A DNA stretch of 64,000 nt. Source: Candidatus Bathyarchaeota archaeon. Its GTDB lineage: Archaea; Thermoproteota; Bathyarchaeia; Bathyarchaeales; Bathyarchaeaceae. Positions within the stretch are counted from its first letter, which is position 1. Each line of letters begins with the position of its first letter. Location: assembly GCA_963697165.1 (NCBI GenBank), contig CAVOMX010000025.1, positions 118,525-182,524 of the forward strand. Direction: 5' to 3'. The position numbers and the translations under genes were made by a program. Positions 1-10,233 of this stretch are shown in pieces. The notes below the pieces were generated by a model. It saw only the letters and a list, made by a program, of their open reading frames with translations, had not been told where the DNA came from and did no database searches.

Positions 1-53
1 TTAACTTCGTCAGCCTTTAACAGAGTTGATTGACGGACCACCATAACTTTTCC

Positions 54-740
54 CTACAAAGCCACCTTAATTGAAGAACCCATAGAGGTTTTCAGGTAAA
101 CCGACCTGAAGTTTTTGATTCCTCTCTTGAGTTTAACTTCTATTCGCCTAACAATAGCCTGAACGTTTTCAGCGATCTCCTCATCTGTCATAGATTCGTT
201 TCCAATTCGGCACTGAATAACGGGCTGTCCACGCATTCTCACAAACACGATACTCTGATGTTTCTTAATCTGCTCCTCTATGTTAGCATTTGGAGCAACT
301 GGAGTAGGCATCTTGCCTCTAGGTCCAAGAGAAGCACCAAGACTCTTACCCACAAGGGGCATCAAAGGAGCCTCGGCTATGAACATATCATACTTTTTGG
401 CGATGTCTTTCTGCTTCTTCTTGTCCGCAACTAAACTTTCAAGTTCATTTTTTTCGATGACCAAGCTAGCACCTGCATTTTTTGCTCTCATCGCCATCTC
501 GCCCGTGGCGACGACGCAGACTTTGAGTTCCTTTCCAACAGAATGTGGTAACTCGATACGTTCCTGAATTCTGCCTTCAGGCTTCTTCATGTCAATGTTC
601 TGCAGGTTTATAGCGAGGTCTATAGACTGAGAAAACTTACGTTCGCTAGCCTTGCTTCTAACCTCTTTAACTGCAGCAAGGACGTTTTTCAGGTTCAATG
701 GCATCTTAAGAGCCTCGCGCCAATGACGTACAAGAGCCAA
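54..740 (-). CDS. rpl1: 50S ribosomal protein L1 (real start probably Met at ~704)
   Basis: RKFSQSIDLAINL, LGPRGKMP, YLKTSMG motifs; next to rpl11. Confidence 0.95.
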   Translation of the reverse strand: MALVRHWREALKMPLNLKNVLAAVKEVRSKASERKFSQSIDLAINLQNIDMKKPEGRIQERIELPHSVGKELKVCVVATGEMAMRAKNAGASLVIEKNELESLVADKKKQKDIAKKYDMFIAEAPLMPLVGKSLGASLGPRGKMPTPVAPNANIEEQIKKHQSIVFVRMRGQPVIQCRIGNESMTDEEIAENVQAIVRRIEVKLKRGIKNFRSVYLKTSMGSSIKVAL

Positions 741-766
741 TTATAAAAATCTTGTTACTATTAAAA

Positions 767-1252
767 TTATTGAGTTAGTAAGGCATCGTGCTTTCCATCG
801 TTAAGTTCCTTTTGAACTTCGCGTGGGTCTTTGCCTTCCACTGTTACACCCATGCTAACGCCGGTCCCCAAAACCTCACTAACCGCTGCCTTAAGGCCCC
901 TAGCCAAGACATCGTTGCTCTTGACTTTAGCAATACGTATGATTTGCTCCAAAGAGAGGTCGCCAATCTTTTCAGTGTTAGGAACTCCTGAACCCTTCGT
1001 AACTCCCAACTCGCTAACAAGCAACGCCGAAGTCGTAGGTGTACCTACAGTCACCTCAAACTCCTTATTATCGGTGTCAACACTGATCTTCACGGGCACC
1101 TTCATGCCAGAGTAGTCTTTTGTTATCTCGTTGATTTTGTTTACAATAGCTAGAACATTTACTCCCAAAGGACCAAGTGCGGGTCCAAGAGGAGGACCAG
1201 CGGTAGCTTGCCCGCCGTTAACTAATGCATCAACAATCTTCTTTTCTCCCAT
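767..1252 (-). CDS. rpl11: 50S ribosomal protein L11
   Basis: GGQATAGPPLGPALGPLG signature. Confidence 0.97.
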   Translation of the reverse strand: MGEKKIVDALVNGGQATAGPPLGPALGPLGVNVLAIVNKINEITKDYSGMKVPVKISVDTDNKEFEVTVGTPTTSALLVSELGVTKGSGVPNTEKIGDLSLEQIIRIAKVKSNDVLARGLKAAVSEVLGTGVSMGVTVEGKDPREVQKELNDGKHDALLTQ

Positions 1253-1255
1253 TGT

Positions 1256-1732
1256 TTATTCTTCCTTTTTAGATTTCTCGACAAGTTTCACATAGTCCGC
1301 GTGAACTGTGATCGGTAATGTGAATGTTGCCTCCAACAATTCAAGAGTTACATCTTCTTTTGCTTTATCAACCCTCGTGATTTTGGCTCTCATTCCCTTG
1401 AATGGTCCTCCAACAACCTCGACGAGGTCACCATCGTCCAATTCTTCGATCACCGGCTTTACAACGATGTATCGTTCTATTTCCGGAAAAGTCACAACGC
1501 CAGGAACCCGGGATCTTATATGTTTAACTCCGGTTATGGCCTTCTCTACTGAGTGGGGTCCATCAGCTTCGATGAAAACGTAGCCCTTCAAAAGTTCAGG
1601 CACAAGCACGGTCTGTATCTGAAGTTCACCCATTTTCACTCTGGCTTCGATAAGGTTTGCCACATTTTTTTCTTGCCCTGCAGTTGTTCGTACAGCGAAT
1701 ATTGATGTTGAAATTTTCTTTTCCTCGCTCAT
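1256..1732 (-). CDS. spt5: Transcription elongation factor Spt5 (NusG family)
   Basis: NGN domain (RTTAGQE...KGYVFIE) plus KOW (GDLVEVVGGPFKG). Confidence 0.95.
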   Translation of the reverse strand: MSEEKKISTSIFAVRTTAGQEKNVANLIEARVKMGELQIQTVLVPELLKGYVFIEADGPHSVEKAITGVKHIRSRVPGVVTFPEIERYIVVKPVIEELDDGDLVEVVGGPFKGMRAKITRVDKAKEDVTLELLEATFTLPITVHADYVKLVEKSKKEE

Positions 1733-1738
1733 CAGTTA

Positions 1739-1927
1739 TCAACCCAGTAGCGTACTGACTCCAACGAAAATGATTTTGATTAGGAAGCCGATTCCTCCGA
1801 TTGCGATAATTCCTAGAAAGCATATTTTTAGCGATAGCCAGAGCTCGGTTCTGCCTGGTTTTGTCGCAAGTTTCAGCAATCTAGATGCTGACTTAAAGAA
1901 TGATCTTAGTCCCAACGTTCCTCGCAC
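1739..1927 (-). CDS. secE: Protein translocase SecE/Sec61-gamma
   Basis: RLLKLATKP...GGIGFLI, one TM; secE-spt5-rpl11-rpl1 synteny. Confidence 0.9.
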   Translation of the reverse strand: MRGTLGLRSFFKSASRLLKLATKPGRTELWLSLKICFLGIIAIGGIGFLIKIIFVGVSTLLG

Positions 1928-2067
1928 TTTCCAAATTAAATTCTAATATGTAAAGTTATCCCTGAGGGTAACCTGTTTCTAACATAGTTTTTGGGGTTTT
2001 CACAGGTTTTAAGTGGTTTGCACAGCACAAAAGATGTTAAAAGGCGAAAAAGCCGTAATATTAAGCG

Positions 2068-2463
2068 GTGAGTAAAATGTCAAAAGAAGATGAGATGCTT
2101 AACGAGCTTAAGCAGATACGTGAACTGTTGGCAGTTAAACCTGCTCCGCCACCACCGCCACCTACAGGACTTTGGAATGAATTCAAGAGTTTCATAGAAA
2201 ATTACAAGGTCATGGGGCTTGCTGTTGCTTTCATTTTGGGTTTGTATCTTGGTCAGTTAGTGCAATCGATGGTTACAGACTTGATAATGCCTGTCATTGG
2301 CTTAGCGTTGCCCGAATTAGATAACCTGTCAACTCTGAAAATTCCAGTTAACAATCAGGAGTTCGGAGTTGGAGGCTTTCTGGTGGCTTTGATCACTTTC
2401 ATCATCGTAGCCTTCGTCATCTTCATATTGGTGAAAGTCACTAAAAAATGGGGAATTAAATAG
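2068..2463 (+). CDS. mscL: MscL-family mechanosensitive channel
   Basis: EFKSFI..YKVMGLAVAFILG...LIMP...GGFLVALITFIIVAF. Confidence 0.85.
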   Translation: MSKMSKEDEMLNELKQIRELLAVKPAPPPPPPTGLWNEFKSFIENYKVMGLAVAFILGLYLGQLVQSMVTDLIMPVIGLALPELDNLSTLKIPVNNQEFGVGGFLVALITFIIVAFVIFILVKVTKKWGIK

Positions 2464-2570
2464 AAATTCCCCTCACACATTTTTTTGAATACTGTTTATA
2501 GTATTTCGCAGATTTGGTATTAACTTAGCATACGAGATCATCTTACCATTAATTCAGCGAAAGATAGTTT

Positions 2571-3470
2571 TTAGACCCTTTCTGGGTCTACGTCAAGTTT
2601 CTCCAGCGCTGCGATTATCTCGGGTTTGTGTTCGCCCTTGATTCCCTTCCAATCAAGAACCACAGAATCCACTTGTTCTACGGTTCTTTCAATACATTGC
2701 CGTATTATTTCAGTGTCAACTTCATTAAGAGCATATTTTGGAATCATGTGACCAAACGCCCGCTGATTGTTTAGAGCCATCTTCGTAAACTTTTTGTTAT
2801 AGTGTGGTCCACCGATTCCCAACGCCACAGAACAGCTAGTGCAGTCAGAAACAGCAGCCACAGCCGCATCTGCAACAACCTCGGCAGCCTTAGTGTCTTT
2901 CCACTGTTTCGGTGTGCTGCCCAGTTCCGCGAACATGGTTGGCGCATCCAAGGATGGCCCATGGTGAGTGCATTCGTAGGAAACTTCGTAGTTGAGGCTT
3001 CTTTCATTTGCCAGTTTTGCCATCTCTAAGAGGGTGTTCTTCATGGCGCCCGCGGGAGAGATGGAGACCGTTCCGGGTTTGCCCCCGAATTTTGCTTCTG
3101 ACAGGTTTCCGGGGGTATGCACAGACAGTGTTGGGATGCCTTTGGCGCTACTGTGTCTAGACAGGAAGATAAACAGCTGGGGGCTGAAGAGGTCACCTAA
3201 GAACTGGGTTTCCACTATCTCTGTGTTGACGAAAAGCAGTTTAGTTTCCTTTTTGTGAAGCGTTTTTATGTACACCGGGTTTTTTTGGAAGGTTTCTGAG
3301 AGTTTTTCAAGGTTATAATTGTCTACCAATTGTTTGGCGATGTTCATTCCGGCTGTGTCTTTTGTTGAGGCAATGAAAAGTATCAATGTTTGTGTCGTCC
3401 CTGAACGGTTATTGTGGATTATTAGAAGATTAAAGTTTTCATTTACGGGAAAGATTTTGTGGGCAAGCAT
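2571..3470 (-). CDS. dtdA: D-aminoacyl-tRNA deacylase (archaeal DTD2/GEK1 type; start likely ~3387)
   Basis: SRHSS, LSVHTPGN, YECTHHGP, ELGS, GGPHY motifs. Confidence 0.92.
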   Translation of the reverse strand: MLAHKIFPVNENFNLLIIHNNRSGTTQTLILFIASTKDTAGMNIAKQLVDNYNLEKLSETFQKNPVYIKTLHKKETKLLFVNTEIVETQFLGDLFSPQLFIFLSRHSSAKGIPTLSVHTPGNLSEAKFGGKPGTVSISPAGAMKNTLLEMAKLANERSLNYEVSYECTHHGPSLDAPTMFAELGSTPKQWKDTKAAEVVADAAVAAVSDCTSCSVALGIGGPHYNKKFTKMALNNQRAFGHMIPKYALNEVDTEIIRQCIERTVEQVDSVVLDWKGIKGEHKPEIIAALEKLDVDPERV

Positions 3471-3615
3471 TTACTGACAGCAGAAGGACATACAATCGAT
3501 TACTTTTACATCATAATTGTCTAGAAGTTAAGTATAGAGAAAGGTATCATGCCCGTTTATATGAAGGTCGTAATTCATTTTATAAAACGTGCACATAGGA
3601 GAGGGTTGGTAGATA

Positions 3616-3927
3616 TTGAAGAAGATAAGGATAAAGCGTTATCCCCCTCGAAACTTTCCGGAAAAGTCTCTGTGGGAGATAATAGCTGTTCCGCCAAAGT
3701 CTGAGCAAGACATCGAGTTTACGATGCTCTACAAAGCTAACCCCAAACATCCGGCTGTCATAGAGGAGATGACAGAGGTTGTGGAGCTTGAAGTTAACGA
3801 GAAAGCCTTCAATGAATTGATGTGGATATTCAAAAAATATGAAGTACCATGTAAACCAATCGACGAAGGAGTAGAAGTTAAACACATCGCAAGCAAATCC
3901 AAGTTCGTCAACGACAAGAACCGTTAA
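3616..3927 (+). CDS. Hypothetical protein
   Basis: 103-aa ORF with protein-like composition, convergent on PolB1. Confidence 0.55.
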   Translation: MKKIRIKRYPPRNFPEKSLWEIIAVPPKSEQDIEFTMLYKANPKHPAVIEEMTEVVELEVNEKAFNELMWIFKKYEVPCKPIDEGVEVKHIASKSKFVNDKNR

Positions 3928-3955
3928 AAGCCCAGTTGTTTGGAAACAAACTTTT

Positions 3956-6631
3956 TTACATGAAGCGCTCAAGCTTCGTTAAGCCGATTATTTCATCGAA
4001 GTCAAGCCCTAAAGCATCGAGAATCTGATCAAAAGTTGAATGCAAGTACGCAACGTACTTGTCCACGTCTATCTCGCTGTTTGAGGCTATTTGCACGGGC
4101 TTAACGCGGGGATCCTTTAAAACTTTAACGAAGCTTATCAGGTCTCCAGCCTTCATGTCGTAGCCAATCTTCTTTAGAAGAAGAGCAGCTTTCACATGCT
4201 GAGGAGTAGTTTTGGTGTAAGCTTCCGGCGGTTTGCCGAGGACCATATGGAAAGCCAGTTCTTCTGGAGTTTCTCCCCAGCGCCGTTGCTTTAGCCGCAA
4301 GTAACGGTCTCTAATAATTTTTTTAATTTCTTTTTTGGCTTCCTCGAATTCTGCGGGTGACTGCACCTGCTCTAGCCGCTCTTCCAGAGCGTAAAAAGCC
4401 TTTTTGATGTAGATGGGAATGTGTCGTTTCTTTCCGGTCATTCCCTTGACGTCAACGCCGCCACCCTTTAGGATTCCAAGATAGTTCTTTTTGCGAGAGC
4501 TGAAGACTGCATATCGATAGAACTTTTCTACTTCCAGTTCCATTCCCATTGTTGTCTTAGACCACTCCGCCATGATTTCTATCTGCTCGGGAGAGGGGTT
4601 CTTCAAAAAGAGGCTGTCTGTGTCCCCGTAAAGAACTTCAATACCTAATGATTTGGCTTTCTCTATAGTTTGTGTTATAACGTGGCGTCCGATTGCGGCT
4701 GTAGCCTCAGCAACTGGCGGACAGTACAAACTAAAGGCTGGTGAGCCGAAAACTCCGTAGCTCGCGTTCAGAATGACTTTGAGGGCGCTTGGGATTACAT
4801 TGTACCAGCTTCGCAGGTCCTTGGGCAAAGTTTTGTCTTTCGATTTAGATTTGTACCATTTGACTCTGAGATCTCTTAGGGAGCCTATCAGCAGGCTTTC
4901 AAGAGCCTTATTTTTGGTGCATATCCAATTTGACGTTTCAGGAACCTTGTTTGATTTGCACTCTTCATGATTACAGAGGAGGGTCTGATAGCCCAGATTG
5001 TAAACCTTAATTATGGAAGGATACAGGCTGGCAAAGTCCATCACAGCCACGCTGAAGTGGACTCCGGGCACGGGATCAACAACTATTGCTCCCTTGTACT
5101 TCTTTCCCTTAATGATAGCCTGAGTACTTGTTCCACCTTTGAGAGCAAGTATGTCCTCGGCGTTTGGAATTAAAAAGTTTCGTTGCCGATGCTCATGATA
5201 CAGAAAGTTACGTATCCACCTAGAAACTCCCTGTCGGCTCACGTCCTCTATTGGCATCCTCGATATTCGTGAGAGGGCTAAAATGAGTTTCATGACCAAG
5301 TTGTCGTTGAAGGTTGTTAGGTCTAGGGTGATTTCGGAGTCGCGTAGGTTGTATTCGGCAAGTTCAGTGTAGCTTAGTTCTGATAATGGTTTTTCGAATT
5401 CTATTTTTGGGAGCTCTAGCAGTGCGGTGCCGACTTCGTTTAGGGTTATGTCCCTGTATTTGTTGCCGAAGGCGTAGATTTGTATTGACCTGTTAAAGAA
5501 GAACTTGTAGAGGTCAATATGAACTGCGTGGCTGATGTAGCATACTCTTCGTCCAACTTCTATTGGAATCTGGTTTCGTTCAAAATTGAAGTGATTTCTA
5601 GCTCTGTTATACAGGTAGGGCAGGTCGAAGTCGTCTCCATTAAAGGTTAAAACAAAGGGATACTCACGAAGAGCATCAAAGAGTTTTTGAAGCAGCACCT
5701 TTTCAGAATCAAAATATTTGACAACCGCGTCGGAGGGCAGTTTCTTGTCGCCTTTCTCTATACCATCCCGCTTTAAAACAAAAAGTTGTTTTTTTCTGTC
5801 TGAACCAAACAGCGCCACACAAACAACAGGGTGAGCAGCCTCTTGAGGGTCAGGAACACGCGTTGCAATGGGCGAGCTGACTTCAATGTCGAGGGCGACT
5901 CTACGAAGTTCTGGAGCAGGAGATTCTAGTAGACGCGCCCACGTTTCCACGCTTTCCAGAAACTCTTTTCCCACGTCAGGAAAGAGACCGAGAATTTTTT
6001 CTACTGTGCCTTCGATTGATTTCTGCTTTACGGGAATTAGTTTTCCTTTCTGAATTTTGTACAGCATACCCGGAGCTAGATTGTTGTCGTAGATGTAGGA
6101 TTGGTAATACCTGATGTAGGATTCCCAGACCGTGGGGGGCTCTTGTATGCCAGTTAATTTTTGGTAATCTTCAGGGATTATGTCTCGCATGCAGCCGCTT
6201 TGGCGACCGCCTATAGCCAGCGGGTCCTTAGCCACAACCTTTGTCACCGTCACCTGCTTGTCCAGAAGAGGATCAAACTTTTCCACAATTTCGAAGTGGT
6301 CAAAGCCAGAATGGCCTGTTACGCGGCTAAGTTTCTCAAGTTTCTGAGGAGGAAGACTGGTGAGACAGTAGGGCTTGTGTCCGGTGTTGTCGTCCCAGAA
6401 GTAGATTTTTTGGGACACAGGCTCATACAGTTTGAGGGTGGCGAGCTGTTTTTTGCCGTCATATGAAACAGACACAATGTATGAGGGCGGCAGGTCTTGG
6501 GGAAAATCAGGATAAACAACAGCTTTCTGCTTTGATGGATCCTTCTTTTCAGCGGGGGCAATCTCTGTCGACTTGGTTTCTTTCTTTTTAAGAGTGTTAC
6601 CGAATAAATCTAGAGAACTCTGCGCAGCCAT
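3956..6631 (-). CDS. polB1: Family B DNA polymerase B1 with intact proofreading domain
   Basis: ExoI DIE, ExoII FNGDDFD, ExoIII YNLRD, DFASLYPS, KVILNASYG, YGDTDS. Confidence 0.95.
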   Translation of the reverse strand: MAAQSSLDLFGNTLKKKETKSTEIAPAEKKDPSKQKAVVYPDFPQDLPPSYIVSVSYDGKKQLATLKLYEPVSQKIYFWDDNTGHKPYCLTSLPPQKLEKLSRVTGHSGFDHFEIVEKFDPLLDKQVTVTKVVAKDPLAIGGRQSGCMRDIIPEDYQKLTGIQEPPTVWESYIRYYQSYIYDNNLAPGMLYKIQKGKLIPVKQKSIEGTVEKILGLFPDVGKEFLESVETWARLLESPAPELRRVALDIEVSSPIATRVPDPQEAAHPVVCVALFGSDRKKQLFVLKRDGIEKGDKKLPSDAVVKYFDSEKVLLQKLFDALREYPFVLTFNGDDFDLPYLYNRARNHFNFERNQIPIEVGRRVCYISHAVHIDLYKFFFNRSIQIYAFGNKYRDITLNEVGTALLELPKIEFEKPLSELSYTELAEYNLRDSEITLDLTTFNDNLVMKLILALSRISRMPIEDVSRQGVSRWIRNFLYHEHRQRNFLIPNAEDILALKGGTSTQAIIKGKKYKGAIVVDPVPGVHFSVAVMDFASLYPSIIKVYNLGYQTLLCNHEECKSNKVPETSNWICTKNKALESLLIGSLRDLRVKWYKSKSKDKTLPKDLRSWYNVIPSALKVILNASYGVFGSPAFSLYCPPVAEATAAIGRHVITQTIEKAKSLGIEVLYGDTDSLFLKNPSPEQIEIMAEWSKTTMGMELEVEKFYRYAVFSSRKKNYLGILKGGGVDVKGMTGKKRHIPIYIKKAFYALEERLEQVQSPAEFEEAKKEIKKIIRDRYLRLKQRRWGETPEELAFHMVLGKPPEAYTKTTPQHVKAALLLKKIGYDMKAGDLISFVKVLKDPRVKPVQIASNSEIDVDKYVAYLHSTFDQILDALGLDFDEIIGLTKLERFM

Positions 6632-6694
6632 TTTTGTTCGTGTCCTTTAATGGTATATTTATGTGCCCATTAAAAAAATCTCTGATGCAACTTT

Positions 6695-6880
6695 TCAGGG
6701 TCTTACGCATTCAGCTTTGGATCTGAAGGGACGCTTCCGTTTGGGTCTACTATGCTTTGGACAGCGCTTAACGCAAACCATTATGCCCTGCTGAATCTCA
6801 AAAACGCACCCACAAAGGTCTGTTCGCGTCTCAGCCAACTTACAATCCTCTTTATTGTCTTTAGTTAAGACAGCTTTCAT
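6695..6880 (-). CDS. Small Cys-rich hypothetical protein (possible Zn binder)
   Basis: CGC...CVKRCPKH; fills the gap between co-oriented genes. Confidence 0.5.
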   Translation of the reverse strand: MKAVLTKDNKEDCKLAETRTDLCGCVFEIQQGIMVCVKRCPKHSRPKRKRPFRSKAECVRP

Positions 6881-6902
6881 ATAAATTGTTTCAAGCCCAC
6901 AG

Positions 6903-7616
6903 TTACTTCGAGGGATTCAGTTTTATCAGTTCTGGAATCGCTCCAGCTTTGCCCACAACGCCACGGTACAGGATGAAGACACCTTTAACGCCATCTATAC
7001 TTAAGGCTCTGTCAATTCCCCGCCTAATCACGCTTTGAACATCATCTCCAGTTATCAGGTTCGCCACAGCCGTAGCAGCAGCATCAGCAATCCCAGCATC
7101 AACAGCAAAGATGGTCACCGCTTCTGCGTCGCCGAAACTGAAAGCGTGACTAAACAAACCAGAACTAGTTGCTAATCCCACGGGGAACTGCTTTAACCTG
7201 AAGCCCATCTCTTTTGAGAGCGGCTCGTCGCCCGCAGCGAATGCAATATCGATTGGCTGGTCTGAAACAGCATAGACTTCTCCTCCGTTTTCTACTACTG
7301 CAACCTTGCAGCCAGAATTTATCATCTCGTGCACTGCTAGGTCAGCTAAGACTCCAGCAACAGCAGCCATCGGTCCAACATCTGCCTTCTCTGAAGCTTC
7401 AGCCATCAACCGTGTCACTTCTGGGGCATTGTCTACGGCTACGGGTTCAAGAGAAAAAAGAAATCGTGGATGTTTTTTGATGTATTCTTCAAGCAGCGTC
7501 AGGTTATATTTTATCGATGATATTGCAATTTCGATTGCTTCTTCTTTGTCTGATATTATGGTGCAGTTTGATTCTTTGTGACGAAAAGCCCGTTTGAATA
7601 GTTTTTCTTTTGTCAT
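6903..7616 (-). CDS. UPF0280/ApbE-like protein (COG2122)
   Basis: GPMAAVAG, ENGGE, ATSSG...HAFSFGDA, DAAATA motifs. Confidence 0.9.
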   Translation of the reverse strand: MTKEKLFKRAFRHKESNCTIISDKEEAIEIAISSIKYNLTLLEEYIKKHPRFLFSLEPVAVDNAPEVTRLMAEASEKADVGPMAAVAGVLADLAVHEMINSGCKVAVVENGGEVYAVSDQPIDIAFAAGDEPLSKEMGFRLKQFPVGLATSSGLFSHAFSFGDAEAVTIFAVDAGIADAAATAVANLITGDDVQSVIRRGIDRALSIDGVKGVFILYRGVVGKAGAIPELIKLNPSK

Positions 7617-8026
7617 TTTCGATTGTTACGGTGCTGCTCAACAAGCGTTATGGCTCGGGCTGGACAAGCATCAACACATAATCCGCAGGGACTGCCGATA
7701 CAGGTTTTATCGTCGAAAACAACAGAATAGCCCTTATCATATGAGATGGCATCCACTGGACATAGAGCATAGCATGCGCCACAGTCAAAGCATTTGTCAC
7801 TGTCCACTTCGATGAGCTTCGGAAACTTTACAACTACGCCCTTTTTCCTGAAGGCTTTAACGACCTTGTCGACGTGAACAGCAGGCACTTCCACTAGAAT
7901 GTCTCCGCCAAGAGAATTGACGGTAGCAGTCACTATCCTCATGGGTATTCCAAGCTCAAGAATCACCTGCGAAGTTACTGGCTCAGCAACGTTTTCCTCA
8001 GAGAATCTTAACAGAATTCTATCCAT
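7613..8026 (-). CDS. NIL + 4Fe-4S ferredoxin protein (iron-sulfur partner of aspartate-semialdehyde sulfurtransferase)
   Basis: CFDCGACYALCP and CIGSPCGLCVDACP; directly after the DUF39 gene. Confidence 0.85.
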   Translation of the reverse strand: MDRILLRFSEENVAEPVTSQVILELGIPMRIVTATVNSLGGDILVEVPAVHVDKVVKAFRKKGVVVKFPKLIEVDSDKCFDCGACYALCPVDAISYDKGYSVVFDDKTCIGSPCGLCVDACPARAITLVEQHRNNRK

Positions 8027-8031
8027 CTATT

Positions 8032-9540
8032 TCACCTTCCTCTCAACTTAGCTATATCCTCAGACGTTATGAGACCCACAATATTCTTTTCATGATCCAC
8101 AACAGGCAACGCAGAAATGTGATGCTGTGCCATCTTCCTTGAAGCAGCCTCCAACGACTCCTCTGGTCTTGTGGTAAACACCTTCTTTGTGATAATGTCA
8201 ACCAATTCAGTTTTTCCTTCAGCAACAGCTCGGGTAACGTCCCAAGAAGTCACCAGACCCTTAATCGCTCCACTGTTATCCGTTACAACAACATGGTTAA
8301 CTGACTCGCTTATTATCCGCTGCGCAACCGCCTTAATACCCTCATCAACCCTGCAGGTAACAGCCTTATGAGCCACACTATTAACGAATATTATCGCGTC
8401 ACTCTGCCTCATTGGTTTACAAACCGAATCGGTTTGCAGACTCTCAGCGGGAGCAGACAAATAGAATGTCGCATTTTCAATCCATGACTTCAGCGTCTCC
8501 GCTATCTTTCTTGCCGTCTTCAAGCTAGAAAGAGAACTGACCTTGATTTTCCTGTCGTTGATTGTCATTTCACCTGACTTCAATGTGGCGTAACTGACTT
8601 TGCCAAGCTTTGGTCTCCCTCTGCGGGCAACCCCATAATCGACAATGTCAGTGAAGATTTCTTCATCCCGAAGTGAAGTCTTCTTAGCCAAACCCTCATT
8701 CAGTATGGGAATTGGAACGCCGATACCAACATAGAGGCTTGTGCCATACTTGGTAAAAGCACCCCCCCGAATAAACTCGGAGGTCATCTGTTTACAGTCT
8801 CCACGAACCATCATCGTACCAAAACGATTACTGGGATCATGCTGCGTGCCTTCTCCAATAACGTAACCTTGCCCACCACCCAAGAAAATGCGAGTCCCAA
8901 CTCCGATGGTCTCATAATCTGGATCATTCATTAGAGGATTCAAGCCACCAGCCCCAGAATAGGTGGCATTTCTAAATCGTGGCAAAAGCTTACCCATATA
9001 CGTGTAAATCATCTCATCGCGGCTGTTAGTGGCGCAGACATAACGCTGGTAACAGTTACGGAAATTCAGCAGATAGAACTGATTCAAATCATCTTTTGTG
9101 ATTGTGGTATCCAGTTTGGTTCTGGGATAACAGTCTGTCCCGTATGCTGTGGCTCTCACTTCAACTTCTTTGCCAGCAATCAAATCTTCTATAACATGTC
9201 CGCCTCCATACTCGTAAGGCTGAGTCTCGGACATCATTGTGGCTCCAATGTACAAGTCAACCGCCGCGCCTGGGTGGCTGACTTCAACATCGTTTAGCCA
9301 TGCCCTCTGAATTTTGATGGGCGGATCTGAGTGACCAAGATTAATTATTGCGCCTGAAGAACACATCGCCCCGAAGGTTCCTGTTGTAACAACATCAACT
9401 TCTTTATAGGCGACTTCCACGCCGCTGCTTTCCACAAGCTTCTTCATCGCTTCAGCAGTCAAAACCTGAACGTCGCCAGATCTGATTTTCTGGTTAATCT
9501 CGGCAATTGACCGTCCGTTACTTCTTTTCGAGATCGCCAT
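8032..9540 (-). CDS. Homocysteine biosynthesis protein (DUF39 + CBS pair; L-aspartate semialdehyde sulfurtransferase)
   Basis: VDVVTTGTFGAMCSSG, YGGGHVIEDL, TDCYPR, RNCYQ; C-terminal CBS pair. Confidence 0.92.
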   Translation of the reverse strand: MAISKRSNGRSIAEINQKIRSGDVQVLTAEAMKKLVESSGVEVAYKEVDVVTTGTFGAMCSSGAIINLGHSDPPIKIQRAWLNDVEVSHPGAAVDLYIGATMMSETQPYEYGGGHVIEDLIAGKEVEVRATAYGTDCYPRTKLDTTITKDDLNQFYLLNFRNCYQRYVCATNSRDEMIYTYMGKLLPRFRNATYSGAGGLNPLMNDPDYETIGVGTRIFLGGGQGYVIGEGTQHDPSNRFGTMMVRGDCKQMTSEFIRGGAFTKYGTSLYVGIGVPIPILNEGLAKKTSLRDEEIFTDIVDYGVARRGRPKLGKVSYATLKSGEMTINDRKIKVSSLSSLKTARKIAETLKSWIENATFYLSAPAESLQTDSVCKPMRQSDAIIFVNSVAHKAVTCRVDEGIKAVAQRIISESVNHVVVTDNSGAIKGLVTSWDVTRAVAEGKTELVDIITKKVFTTRPEESLEAASRKMAQHHISALPVVDHEKNIVGLITSEDIAKLRGR

Positions 9541-9641
9541 TTTCCTTTACTCCATTATCCCCGCTTAAGGTATGAACCATATCAACAGTCATTATCATTT
9601 TAATATTTTACTGAAAAAATTATTCCAAAAAGAATTTAAAT

Positions 9642-10220
9642 ATGCCCAACAAAATTTATGATATGTTACCTTCCATCGACGAAGTCGCCAAAAAACGAAG
9701 AATCGCGGGACTAACACAACAAAAGCTCGCAAAATTAGCGGGCGTAAGCCAGTCGCTTATCGCAAAACTGGAATCCCAAAAAATCGATCCTTCCTACACT
9801 AAAGTCAAAGCAATATTTGATGCACTTGAGAAACTGCAGACAGAAACAGAGGTGCGAGCTGAAGATGTTCTGCAAAACAAGGTTATTGGAATTCAAAAGA
9901 GCGAGCCAGTTTCGAAGGCGGTTCAGAAAATGGCAGAATATGGATATTCTCAGCTTCCAGTTTTTGACGAAGAACATGCTGTCGGAAGCATCTCAGAAAA
10001 AACGATTATAGGAAAAGTTTCGGCAGGCAAAGACCTGAACCAAATATCTAAACTTTCTGTGGGCGATTTGATGGAGGAGACGTTTCCGCAGGTTGGAGAG
10101 GATGCCCCGTTACCACTGATTTCAAGCCTCCTACAAGTTTACTCAGCGGTTCTTATTTCGACGAAGGGAAAGGTTGTTGGAATAGTCACCAAAGCAGATT
10201 TATTGAAGATGCTCCTCTAA
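9642..10220 (+). CDS. HTH-XRE + CBS transcriptional regulator
   Basis: GLTQQKLAKLAGVSQSLIAKLE HTH, then CBS pair (YSQLPV, GIVTKADLL); divergent from the sulfur operon. Confidence 0.9.
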   Translation: MPNKIYDMLPSIDEVAKKRRIAGLTQQKLAKLAGVSQSLIAKLESQKIDPSYTKVKAIFDALEKLQTETEVRAEDVLQNKVIGIQKSEPVSKAVQKMAEYGYSQLPVFDEEHAVGSISEKTIIGKVSAGKDLNQISKLSVGDLMEETFPQVGEDAPLPLISSLLQVYSAVLISTKGKVVGIVTKADLLKMLL

Positions 10221-10233
10221 TCCTACCAAAACA

